This document shows positions 47,401 to 61,761 of a DNA stretch of 64,000 bases, in pieces. Position 1 is the first letter of the stretch. Every line of letters begins with the position of its first letter. This DNA comes from Neocallimastix sp. 'constans' (taxonomy: Eukaryota), in the NCBI GenBank assembly GCA_050613775.1, contig JBODTK010000146.1, forward strand, positions 310,001-374,000, read 5' to 3'. The notes under the pieces were generated by a model. That model did not search any database. It was not told the DNA's origin and saw only the letters and a list, made by a program, of their open reading frames with translations. A program made the translations under genes and the position numbers.

Positions 47401-49851
47401 TTAAAATATCACTATAATTACAAAGTTCTAGATAATTATTTCCTTATAATAAAGTTTCTATTTTCTCTAAAAAAATTTTATGATAAGTTTAAAGTTTTAT
47501 AAAAATGAATTTATACTTATATTGCAATTTAATATATTATTAATAATTACATATGATTTATTCATTTCAATATATATTTATATATATATATATCGTGTTA
47601 AAACAAAAATTCTTTAAATATTATATATATATCAATATATTATCTAAATGAATTATCTAAATATTTGTATATAATCAATTAATAATAATTCAATTATATA
47701 AACATTTTCTCATATTATAATTAATATCAAAAATATATATATATATATTTAATGAATAATTATATTTTTAAATTACTAATAGGTTAATATAGTTAATATT
47801 TAATATATATTTCTTTTAGAAATTAATATTACTTAGATAATTATATATTTACTCATTTTGAAGTATCATTTTTCTATTTAATTCATTAATAATTAAAGAA
47901 ATTTAATATATAATTTTATATTAATTTATTAGTATTAAATATATATTCTTATTTACATTTTTGGAAGATTCTTATCAATTTGTTGTTCAATATATGAAAA
48001 TAAAATTGTATTAGTAAATATTGAAAATATAGTAAATGTATATAAGATATTTATAAAATTTAATATATAAAGTTTTATTAAATAATGTGATCTATTAGTA
48101 TATTTCATTTGTATATTTAAATATTAAAAAAAATATTCTTAATTGAATGATATATTTTATTTTTTTATTATTAAATTATCATTTTATAAGTATATTCCAT
48201 TTGAATATTTAAATATTAAAAAAAATATTCGTAGTTAAATGATACTTTTTATTTTTTTTATTAGTAACCCTTAAAAAAAATTTGATAACATAAATAAAAT
48301 ATTTAATAGGATTAAATTTATATAAAATAAAATTACACAAAAAATTAAATAAATAAATTAATAATAATTATATAAAAAATTTTTACGATGTTACACCAAA
48401 ATTTTTATAATATTTTAAAAAATGAAATATTTAATAAATATTTAATAAATATTTTTAAAATTTATTATATTTTTTATATTTATTTAATTTTTGTTTTTGT
48501 TTTAAATGTCAAGTTAACCTTATTTTTGCATAAATATTTTATTATAATTTAATCTTCATAGTTATTATATATATATATACATATTTTTTTTAAAATACAA
48601 TATTATAAACAATAACTAATAAGGTGTAATCATTATTTCTTGATATTTTTTTATTATTATTATTTTTTTAAATTCATTTTTGATTTTTGATTTTAATATT
48701 ATATTAATATTTTATTTTATTAGTTTTTTATTATTATTACAATTTTTTTATTATTACTATTTTATTATTATTACTATTTTATTATTATTACTATTTTATT
48801 ATTTATTATTTATTATTATGTTATTATTATTTTATTATTATTATTATTTTATTATTTATTATTACTTATTATTATTATATTATTATTTTATTACTATTAT
48901 TATAACTATTTTATTATTTATTATTTATTAATATTTTATTGTTATTATATTATTATTTTATTATTATATTATTGCTACTATTATCATTTATTATTATTAA
49001 TATTTAATTATTATTTTATCATTATTGAATTGTTTTCAACACTATTAATATATTATTTTTATAATTTTTTTTATTAATTATCATTATTAACCCTTATCAC
49101 AAATTTATAATGAAAAAGTTTAAAAATTTAATAACAATATTTTAAAATTAATTTGTCTCAAAACTTTTTAAAAATTAGTTTATGATAAAAATTCAAAATT
49201 ATTTTTTTCTTATAAATGTAATCAAAAGATTGATAATTCTTTATTATAAAAAAAATATTAAATAATAATTATATTAATTATAAATGATAGCTAATTATAA
49301 AATTTATAATTAATAATAAATAATAATGTTTAATGATTAATACTAATTGTATTTAATAGTAATAATTATGATAATACTAATTATAAAATGAATAGACTAT
49401 AATAATAGTATTTAATAATAATAATAATAATAATAATAGTAATAATAATACTATTAGAGTATTGACTTTAAGATGTTAAAATATAATTTTAAAATTAAGT
49501 TTATATTTTATTCAATAATATTATATAAAATTGTATATTGATTTTTATTAATATTTTTAATAGCTTTTCCACATAAATTAGTTCAAAATAAAATAAAATA
49601 AATAGTAGAAATATAAATATTAGTACAGATTGAATAAAATAAAACAAAATAAAATAAAGAAAATAATATATATATATATATATATATAAACATACATAAT
49701 CAATATTTTATAGAAATGAAACATTTAGATATAGATTTAGAGGGAATATTCCCAATGGTATATAATGATTCATATAGAGCATTACATTTTTAATTGTGTT
49801 AAAAATGGATAATCAATAATAATAATAATTATAATAATAATAATAATAATA

Positions 49852-49893
<42 letters not shown>

Positions 49894-52800
49894 TAATAAT
49901 AAATTTATATTAATATGTAATAGTAGAATAAAATATTGTCATACTTTAATATTTAGTAGCATTTTCATTATATTTCAATACTAATTATAAAAATTATTAA
50001 TGATAATATATCATTTAATAAAAGTATTTGATCTTATAATATTTTTTATTTATAATGCAAAATAAAGGAGATTAACAATGAAAAATAAAGTCATTTTATG
50101 AATTTTTGTATAACTACCTTACATAATAATAATATCTTTTCATTAATGTTACATTATAAAAATTTTGAGATTAATGTTATATTTATGCATTTGAATTTAT
50201 AAATTTTATAAAATTTTGAGATTAATGTTACATTTGTAAATTGTATTATAAATATATTTTTTTTATAAATAAATTAATAGTTGATGCAAAATTTATTTTT
50301 TCATAAATTAAAATATGCAATGAAAAATTATTCGGTTTTTTTAAAAAGAATGCAGATATTAATATATAATAGTATATTTTGATAGTATGGATAATTTATA
50401 TTATATGTATATTTTTATACTTCATTTTTTTATAAATTAATATATTTTTGATTTAATATTAAATTTTTTTTTTTTTATAAATTAATATATTTTTGATTTA
50501 ATATTAATTTTTTTTTTTTTTTATAAATACATTTTTGATTTTTGATTTAATATTATTATTATTATAATTTTATTTTTATTTTTTTTTCCAGACATTTTAA
50601 TTATATATATATATATATATATTTATATTATTTACTATCTTATTTTTCCAAAAATAGAAATTTTCTATAATTATATATGTAAATATTTTTATTTAAATAA
50701 ATAATAATATTATTAATAATAATGAATATATAATTTGATATTAATATCTAATTACTACTTTATTTTTTAATATTTTATTTTGTTCATGATTTTTATGTTG
50801 AATAATATATTATTAATATATTAATAATATAAACATTTCAATAAAGCAAAATTTTTATTTTTCTATTATTATTAGCTTGGCTTTTAAAAAAAATTGAATT
50901 AAATATATAATTACATATTCATAAAAACTGGTACTTATTAAGAATTAATAATGATATAAAATAAGTAATGATAGAATTAATAGCATGGAAAATAATAAAA
51001 AAGAGTATTGGTCATTAAAGTAAGTAATGATAATAAATATTAGTAAATACTAATAATGATAAAAATTAACACGAAAAGAGGTAGAAGTAGAAAAAAAAAA
51101 TATAAAAAAGCATATACATACATATATTATTTAATAATTAATAATATCATTATTTTGTAATTATTATAAAAACATTAATTCAAAAAAAATATAATTAATA
51201 TTATTATAATCAGAAATAAAAAAACAGTAGAACAAAAGCACTTTAAAAATTTTATTAAATATGAATATAATAAATCATATCATTCTTATTCTTATATATT
51301 TTCCTTTTAAGCTTTTTTTTTCTATTCTTTTCTTTTAAGATTTTTTGTGTTCGTGTGTTGTTATTAAATAGAAATTAATAATTTTAATATTTTCTTTATC
51401 TAAATTACTTTTTATCCAATTATATATATAGAAGTAAAAAGATTATATAAAAGTAAAGGAAAAAAAAATATTTTAATTATTATTTATTATTAAAATAGGT
51501 ATTATATAAAAGATTTAAATTTTATTGTTTATATATATATATATTTATTATTTATTATTTTATTATTATTTTTTTTTTTTTGTATTAATTTTTTATTAAT
51601 TTATCAATATTCTTATATTAATATCATATTACAATGTAATAATATATAAAGTAATAAAATTTTATAAATAATAATTTTTTTTTTTTTAAAATATTAAAAT
51701 ATATTAATATAAATATTAATATTTCCTTTTTTTTTTTTTATATGTAATATATATATAATTGGATAATTACAACTAATATAAAAGTTAATTTAAATGTGAT
51801 ATTTATTAAATTGTAATTAAATATTAATAAATTGAACATCCATTTTTAATATTTTCCATTTATATCAAGTATTAAAAATTAAATGATATAAAATTTTTTA
51901 TGATTATTTTTCTATAAAAAAATTTTTTTTTTGTTAATTATGGTAATTTTTAACAAGACTTTTATAAGGAATAATATTTAACTGTCATTATTGTCATATA
52001 ATAAATTTAAATATATATATATTTTTAAATTATTAATTTAAAATATTTCTATAAAAAAAAAAGCAAAATTTTCTGAAATAAAAATAGTTACATTTTTTTT
52101 TAATTTCTAATTAATTTGAATATGGATATATTAAGTGTATATAAATATATATAATCTTTATTTATATATATTCAGATGATTAATTTAAAAAAAAAATAAA
52201 ATTGATATTAAGTATATAATAATTTGATATTGTTAATAGTTGTACAAATAAATAATAATAATAATAAAAAAATTCATATTATTTAAAAATATTATTTTTT
52301 TATATTAAGTTGTTACTTTATTTTAATTATTAAAAGGAAATGGTATTTTATTTTGCTTTACTTTATTGAGTAGATTTTGATTATTCCTTTATTTATTATA
52401 ATAATAAAAAATATACAATATAGAAAAGAGAAAAAGTTAAATATATAATATGTACGTATTGTTTATTATTTTTATTATTTTATAGATTTTCGTGTTACGT
52501 AACATTACTATAATATGAAATGAGTATAAAAAGTATAAAAAAAAATAATTTATAAAGCAAACTCAAATAATAAAAAGTTAAATTATTATAAATTTACATA
52601 TGAAAATAATATAATTTTATTATAAATTTTAGATTTTATTTTAATTTTGAAATTTTTTTTTTTTTTATTGATTTTTTTTTTTTTTTTTTTTGATTTTAAT
52701 AATTTGTTATTAACGATTATTAATGATAAAGATATTCATTAACTCTAATTTCATTATTAATAGTTTAAAAATATAAGGAATAATGAAATAATTTAAATTT

Positions 52801-54134
52801 TCAAAGAATTATATCTTTAATATATTATATATTAAATCTTTATAATAATTAAAAAAGAAAAAAAAATAATGAAAATCTAAACGACTTATCAATAATAAAT
52901 ATTATAATATAATAATATATATATATAATACCTACTTTTTTAAATAACTTTTTTTTTTTTTTTTTTTTTTTTTTGAAAAAAGTGGTAGTAAGACTTGTAA
53001 AAGCTTATAATTTATTTATAAAATATTATTATTATATAATATATTATTAATATTAGATTTTTATTTTTCTGTAACTATAAAATAATATGTTAATAATTTA
53101 TATCATATTCATTTTATAAATAATAAGAGAAATTTTTATAAATTATCCAAAAATGGTATTTTCTTTAATAATTAAAAAAAGATTCATCAAAAAAAATAAA
53201 AAATATATATGTATATATAAAAGTACCACATATATTTAAAGTATAATTATTTTATTTTTGAAAAAAAGAGTTTTAATTAATATGCTTTATATTTAAATTA
53301 ATGTTCATATATTATAATATATTAACATTTATTTATGTAATAAATAAAGAATTATATTCAGTGGCAAATTTTAATTAAAATTTTAATTATTTTTTTATTA
53401 AAATTTTTATATTTTTTTATCTTATAAATTTATTCTATTTTATTTTCTTTTTTTTTTTTTCATTTTTATTTGTATAATGAAAGTTGAAATTCAAAGCTCG
53501 ATTTAAAATACATTAATATTACATGTATTTATAGATGATATATTCAATTATTATATTTATCTTAAATTTAAAAACGATAGTGTAAATAGTAATACAGTGT
53601 ATTATTTAATTAATTTATAAATATATTAGTTTTATAGTAGTTTCATTTTTTTTTTTTTTTTTTTTTTTTCGAGGAATAAGTATAAAGTAATAGATAAAGT
53701 AATAGATTTCAATTTGGGAAGTAATTGTATTTAAATAATTTCAAAAGGAGTAATAAAAATATTTATTAAAATTGTTGACATAAAAAATTATTTAATTAAA
53801 ATTAAAATTTTGAAAACATAAATTATAATAATTATAAAAATAATTATTAATTTCTAATAAATATTAATAGTAAAATACAAATAAATATTAAAAAAAAAAA
53901 AAATTCTTAAAAACTATAATATTAGAAATTGAATAAGAAATTTTTCAAAATATATATTATATGGGTATAGATATGTAAATTTTAGTAATTAATATTTTTT
54001 AAATTTAATATATTCATACAAAATTAAGACAATATTTTATAACATAAAGTAATATAAAAAGTAATTATAATAATTTTAATAATAAATATTATTGAAATTT
54101 CAAAAATAATGAAAGTATAAATTTTTCAAAAGTG

Positions 54135-54165
<31 letters not shown>

Positions 54166-54192
54166 ACAAAAACAATCTTTAAAAATAATAAA

Positions 54193-54559
54193 ATGAATAT
54201 TACAGACAATATATTAAATACCAATGAAGTATTTATACCACAACAGGATAATGAAAGTCAATCACAATTTTTATTTAAAATTAATTTAGAAATAGCACTA
54301 AGAAAAGCAATTTTAGAGTCACTATCTTCCTCTAATAATTATATAAATAGCTATAATAAAAATTTAATAATGAAACCAGAAATACCAAATCTACAAAAAA
54401 CTTCTAATAACATATCATCATTTCCTTCACCGTTATTAAGTCCTCATCAGTATTCTGTTACAATACCTTCATCTTCTCCTATTCCATTAGCATTTTCACA
54501 AAATTTAAAGACAGACTCATTTATATCGAAACAGAATGTAATTAATATATATATATATA

Positions 54560-54605
<46 letters not shown>

Positions 54606-56371
54606 AATAAATTTAAATATTATACAAAATATATAAAAAATGATATTAATGAATATAAAAAAATAACAAATAAAAATTAAATTGCTTTAAATTTTTTATT
54701 TTCATTTTTTATTTTTATATTAATATTTTTCATATAATATTATATTACTTATAAATATATATTTAAAACTTTTAATATAATTATTATTATCATTATTTTT
54801 ATAATTTTAATTATTTACAAATTAAAATTATATTCCATATTTAATATTTATTATAATAGAGCTTGCATAAAACAAATTCATTTAAAACGTCAGTATCTAC
54901 TCCATCTGTTATGACGACATCTCCATCTAAATCAAGCAAAAATTCAAACTCATCAATTCCAAATAATGATATTAATAATATTGATTTATTATCATTAATT
55001 AATCAATGCCCATCATCAGTGAATATATGGGATTCAGTACAATTTCTTGTACAGAAATTTAATAAAGAACTATTATCTAATCAATCTTCATCAAATTCAA
55101 TAGTAAGCATTCCTTCCATTTCCTTATTAAATGGAGAGGATCATTCAATCTCAAAAAAAACTAATAATTCAAATGAAAAGGAAGAGTCATTTGATTATTT
55201 TTGTCAACAACAATTAAATCATATTAATCAATTAAATGCTCTTCTAATGACTTATGATCATAATGAAGGTAATACTAATAATAGTGGTGATAATAGTTTC
55301 AATACTAATAGTAAGCATGAAGATTTAAAAATAAAATTATTAGAAAATAATAAATCAGTATCTGCTTTGAGTTCTTCATCCCGAATTAATTCATCTCAGT
55401 TAAATCAAGCTATTATCCCAAATTTTCATGAATTTCATGATAATAAATATGAATTTCAACATAGCAATAAATCACCCATTAATTCACCTATATTAAAACA
55501 TAATCGTTCAATAAAAACTTTAGTAAATCCAAAAAATCATGAAGATCAAGAAAATATATATTTATCTGAAGCTTCACCAAAAATTCAAGTACCTGAAAAT
55601 AATACAGTTGAAGATAAAGAGATATCATCCTCATTTCCATTAACTAAATCAAAAAATACTTCAGTATTAGAATCCATTGATGATAATCATTATAATTATG
55701 ATATTGATTTTGATAAGTTTGAAAATAAATTGATTATAGATATTCCTATTGAAATTAATCCAGTCATTGAAAAAATTAGAAATTTACGAAAGAATAAAGA
55801 AATTCAATTAATGATTACTAAAATATCAGGATATTGCGAAGAAAAATTACAAAGAGTAAATATAGAATATTTTTTTTTTTTTTTAATTAATTTATTAAAA
55901 AAAAATAGTATTTTTTTAATTATATATATTAATAATTATATTAATTTATTTATTAATTTATTTATTTTATAAAATTTTATATAATTTTAAAGATTACAAC
56001 TACATTGTTTTTAAATATTGAAACAAGTATTACTAATATATTAATATTAGCACCATTTATTTTATCTAAAGTTTCATATATTTTAGACCCATCTTATTAT
56101 TCATATGATACAAAAAACTCATCTACAACTTCAAATTTTATTCGTTCAACTACTTCTCTTTTATCCTATTCTAAAATTATATTGACTTTACATGATACTT
56201 GGTATTCAAATGGTCCTAAAGATATTGATGTTAAGGTAACCCAAAGTATTTGTACAAAAATATTAGAAGCAATATCATCTATTCGCAGAAAAGTTGATCG
56301 CATAAAATTGGCAAGTGAAGATCAAGAAGATAAAAATAATATAAAGGTATTTTTATATGTTTACAGTTCAT

Positions 56372-56402
<31 letters not shown>

Positions 56403-56459
56403 CATTACTTTAAATTTATATATTTAATATATTTATTATTCTTTATTTGATATTCATTA

Positions 56460-56498
<39 letters not shown>

Positions 56499-58848
56499 CA
56501 TTTTCATTTTCATTATCATTATTATTATTATTTATTAATTATTATATTATTAATAATAATAAATGTGATATATATAATATAATGTAAAATATAAGCCCTC
56601 CTATCCACAGTTGATTTCAACATGTTATTTCTATGTAACATTATTAAATGATTTAATGAATTCAATTTTAAAAATTGATAAATTATTTTCAACTTCAACT
56701 TTAATTAGAAAAAATTCGAATCCAAATTCAAATACATTATTAAGTAATTATAAAAGTATTACTTTATATTACAATTAGAATTTCTAATGAAATTAAATCT
56801 TTTTTTTTTTTTTTTTATATTCGTATTTTTTAATTGAAATCGAATAATTTATTTATATTGTTTAAAGGTAGACAAAAACATCCTCCAAGAGAAGAATCAT
56901 TATCCGTACAATATAAATTAACGGAAAATTCAGAAAAAATTGAAAATTATATTAATAGAATAGAAATTGGTTCAAAGAAATTAAATTCGGACAAAAACTT
57001 TAAAGCGATTAATTCTTATTGTATTCGAAAAGATGTTCCAATTCATGATATATTGACGATGTCTTATATAAATAATAAGCATAAGAATGATAATAATATA
57101 AAAAGAAATGATCATGAATATATGCAAAATAGTCAATTTTCAAATAAGAAATCAAATATAAACTTAAGAAATACTAAACCTGAAAAAAAATTTAGTATTA
57201 ATAATAATGATAACTGTTATCAATATAATGAAGAGGAGGATAATCAAATTGATGTTAATAGAAATAAGTATGCTTCTTTTATTAACTTTGATAAAAATGT
57301 AAATATTATTCAAAAATACAAAAAAGTACATAATATTATCTATGAAGAAGAAAAAGAAAAAGAAAATCAAGAACATAAAGAAGGAGAAATTATAGAAGAC
57401 GAAGAAGAAGAAGAAGAAGAAAGAAAAGAAAAGAAAGAAGAGAAAGAAGCTGATGAAGAAAAGGAAAATAAGGAAGAATTACTAAAACTCCATTTATCAT
57501 CAAAACAAAAAAAATTAAATGAAGATAAAGAATATTATTTTTCACAAATAAAAAATTACGAGCAAGGGAAAAATTATGATCTTTCTTCAAATCAAGATAT
57601 CCATGTAGTAGATTCTTTAGAAAATGATATTAATAATTATTATTATAATGAATTAAAAATACATAATAAAACTAGCTCAAGTGATAAAAATCATCCTTTG
57701 AAATATGTTGAAGGAGATATTGAAAAAAATAATAAAAACGAGAAAGTAGAATGTACAAATAATTTTCAAAAGAATTATGAAAATGAAATTAAGGATGAAG
57801 CATTAACTAAGGAACGTCAACGACAAAATCAACAACAACCACAAGAAAAGAAAATAGAATATAATGGAACAATAGATAATGAAATGCCATGTATAAATAA
57901 TGGTAATAAAACAATTACAATTTATAAAGATATGAATAATTCAGAATCAAATGTTAAAAATGTTGAAAAAGTGAAAGAAAAGTCCAAATCTAGTCATAAA
58001 AAGTCATTATCATCAGAAAAATCTTTTAAGGAAAAACTTCGTAGATATGAAAGAAAACAAATTAAAAAAGAAATTGAAGCTTCAGAAGAAAGATCTGTTA
58101 TTTTTGATGATATTAAATATTTCCGAAAACATCACGATTTATTTAATATTAAAAAAATTATTGATAAAACGGATTATTTGTCTGATAACAATCACTTGTG
58201 TAATAAAAATACCATAAATAAAGATACGATTTATATAATTGAAGATGGAAGAGAAGTATTAGGATTTGAATCTACCAATGGAAAAACAACAATTATTTCT
58301 GGTACAGTTGAAAAATTACTTTTAAGGTTAGTTGATGAATCTACTTATGATGAAGAATATATTGATGCTTTTCTTCAATATCATCAATTTTTTATTTCTT
58401 CTGTTGATCTTATGCATAATCTTATTGCCCGTTTTAATATTCAATTAGAATCTAAAGAGGATGCAGATGAATTAACTTTTAATGAATGGAGTAAACAAAT
58501 TCAATTAAAAGTTATTCATGTTCTTAATCATTGGATATCCATACAACACAGTTGTTTTATCAAGAATACATTAGTTCATGCACTTTTAGAATATTTTATT
58601 TCTGCTATATGGTCATCAGGATATAAAAATGAAGCCGATCGGTTAAAAAGAAATATTACAAATATTGTAAATTTTTATATATATATAAATATTATTTATT
58701 TATTAAAAGATTCAGTATTTATTCTCATAATAGTTATTTAAGTAATTAATATTATTAAACATTTATATAATCTTATTTTTATATTCATAATTATTTTTAA
58801 ATTTGTAAATATATTTAAATATATATATTTATATTTATGTTAAACATA

Positions 58849-58884
<36 letters not shown>

Positions 58885-58988
58885 AAATACAATATTATTA
58901 TTATTATTATAATTATTATACTATTATTTAAAAACACTATTTATAACTATTATTATTATTATTGTTAAAAATAATATTTACTCTCATA

Positions 58989-59023
<35 letters not shown>

Positions 59024-59102
59024 AATACAATTTTATATATTTACTTATTTATTTATTTATTTATTATTATTATTATTTTTAAATACAATTTTATTTATTT
59101 AC

Positions 59103-59137
<35 letters not shown>

Positions 59138-61226
59138 TTATTATTATTATTATTAGATATTATCATCTTCAAAAAAAATTAGAAATTTACCATTTAATTT
59201 AATACCAATAAAAGAGTTATCTGAAAATGATATTTCAAGAGAAATTACAATTAATTTAACAATGTCTACTGTTTTGTATAATTTTGAATCTAAAACAATT
59301 GCTAAATATTTATGTGTAGTTGATCAAGAAATATTTTCAGTTATAACCTGGTATGATATTGCATCTAAATTATCAAATAGTTATAAGAATGAAGCTTTTG
59401 AATTTATCAAACCAAAATTAAGATTGTATTATGAAAAAGAAATTGAGGAAAATAAAATATTTGATGAAAATCCAATTGATTTAATGACAAAGCGTAGTAA
59501 CTTAATTAGAAATTGGGTGGCTATAGAAATTTGTAGTGTTCAAAATATCAAAACAAGAAAATATCTTATTCATAAATTTATTGAAATTGCAAAATATTGT
59601 CGTGAATTTAATAATTTCCATTCAGCATTATCTATTGTAAGTGGTTTGTTATCTTCACCTGTTCAACGCTTGAAAAAAACTTGGGAATTAATCAATAATA
59701 AAGAAATGGCAATATTAAATAATTTAGAAAATTTGTTGAGTCCAATATCTAATATGAAGTATTATCGTAAAGCCATTGCGGTAGCAAAAGGCCCAATTGT
59801 TCCATTTTTCCCCATTATTATGAAAGATTTTAGATTTATTATTGATGGTAATCCAATTTTCAAAACTCTTTCTAGTGGCGCTGAATTAGTTAATTTCGAA
59901 AGATATAAAATTATGGATAAGGTTCTTAATGACATTAAAAAATATTCCTCTGAAAAATATTCATTTTCATCTTCTTTTTTACCTATAATTCAACGATTAC
60001 CAGAATTAATGAAAAAGAATAATAGGACCTTTTTAACGAAAGATGATATTTCGTATCTTCAACGGTATTCATTAGGATCAAGTTCTAATTCTAATTCTTT
60101 TGTCTGCTCCCAACAAACCGGCCAATTATTATCCCCATTACAAACTCCATCACTCCTATCAAGTAGTGATACTCCAACCCTTTTCTCACCTGATATTCAA
60201 TCACCAACTTTTAGTTACACTAATAAATCACAATCATTCTTATCTAGTCAAAGTCAAGGACTTTTTCCATTAACTCCTAATCCATACCATTCTTTCCAGA
60301 ATATTACAAATAATGCTTTTAATCTTTTCCATGGTCATAATAGTACTTCTTTTCCAACAAACGAAATAGAAGATATTGCAATTTATATTGAATCAAGACT
60401 TTATGGTAAAGGATTATGTTCACTTTCACCTTCATCTTTATCTTCTATAACTTTAAATAATTCTTCTACTAATTTATCAACGATAATGAATTCTGCATCG
60501 TCTTCTAATAAAGTCAACTCTACCTCTACTACTACAACTACAACTACTATTACTATTACTACTACTAATAATAGTAATAATAATAATATTAGTAATAATA
60601 ATAATAATAATAATAATAATAGCAATAATAATAGTAATAATAGTAATAGTAATAGTAATAGTAATAATAGTAATATAAGTAGTAGTAATAGTAACAATAA
60701 TATAAATAGTTTAAATAACAATAATAACAATAATAATGTTAATAGAAATAATATTAATAATAATACTTCCTCTAACATGAGTAACCTTAATGATATAATA
60801 GATATTAATAATAAGTTATACCTTGATGATAATATTTTAACTCATATATTATTTAGTGAATTTGAAATTCAAAATCAAAAAATTGCATATAATTTAAGTT
60901 TGGCTTGTGAACCTGCAAATTCTGTTTCAACTACTACCTCTGTATCTACTTTTACCTCAAAATCACCTATCGTATGTAATGAAGGATCTATGACACCATC
61001 ATCCATAAAAATCTCATATCAAAAATATATTAATGATACCAAAGCTACAAAATTTAATTTAAATAAATTGAATAGAGATTCCATGGAAACTTCTCTTGCA
61101 GAAAAATCACTTTCTATTATTTTAAATACAAATTTAAAATTAAAAAACTTTGATTATAAAACAAATGAACATTTAACAGAAGAACAAAATAAAGAGACTA
61201 ATTCTAACAAAAATTATTTTAAATGA
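54193..61226 (+). CDS. Ras guanine-nucleotide exchange factor (REM + CDC25 domain), ~1900 aa; exons 54193-54537, 54860-55855, 55993-56346, 56596-56743 (alt. acceptor 56611, alt. end 56755), 56868-58666, 59157-61226
   Basis: All five introns are GT..AG with matching phases (0,0,0,1,0). REM motif ISGTVEKLLLRLVD...YIDAFL....F.SS.DL...LIARF. CDC25 motifs NWVAIEI, KFIEIAKYCREFNNFHSALSIVSGL.SSPVQRLKKTW, NMKYYRK, PIVPFFPIIMKDF.FI.DGNP, VNFERY, YNLSLACEP. Confidence 0.9.
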
Positions 61227-61422
61227 TATTCATTCATTCAACTATTCCTGGATCAAAACTTTCTGAAAAAAAAAATAAATAAATAAAAATATAACAGAAA
61301 ATAAAACTAAAATATATATACATATTATACATATATACATATATAAATATATTATTATATATTTATATTAGAAAAAGAAAAATAATTAAAAACTAAAATA
61401 TAAGAATAAATAAATAAATAAA

Positions 61423-61455
<33 letters not shown>

Positions 61456-61630
61456 GTACATTTATCATTTAAAATTATATTTATTAATTTAATCTTATAA
61501 CCACCATCCTTAATTTAATATTATCCTTTTTAATAAAAATAATCATATAAATATCATATTATATAGTAACATATAATAATTTATTACAAAAAAAAAAAAA
61601 AAATTACATTAAAAATAAAAAATAAATAGC

Positions 61631-61761
61631 ATTTTTTTGACTACTTATATAAAGAAATAATAGTATTATTAGAAATGTAAAAATAAAAAATAAATAAATA
61701 AAAAAAAAAAAATTTTTTTTTGACTACTTATATAAAGAAATAAAAATATTATTAGAATTGT
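61631..61761. repeat. ~45-bp direct repeat pair
   Basis: tttttttgactacttatataaagaaataaWaRtattattagaaWtgta at ~61632 and ~61715. Confidence 0.8.

Noticed and set aside
54193..61226. Five separate genes as suggested by the ORF track
   Set aside because: Phase-compatible GT..AG introns join them into one RasGEF, with REM and CDC25 domains in consecutive exons.
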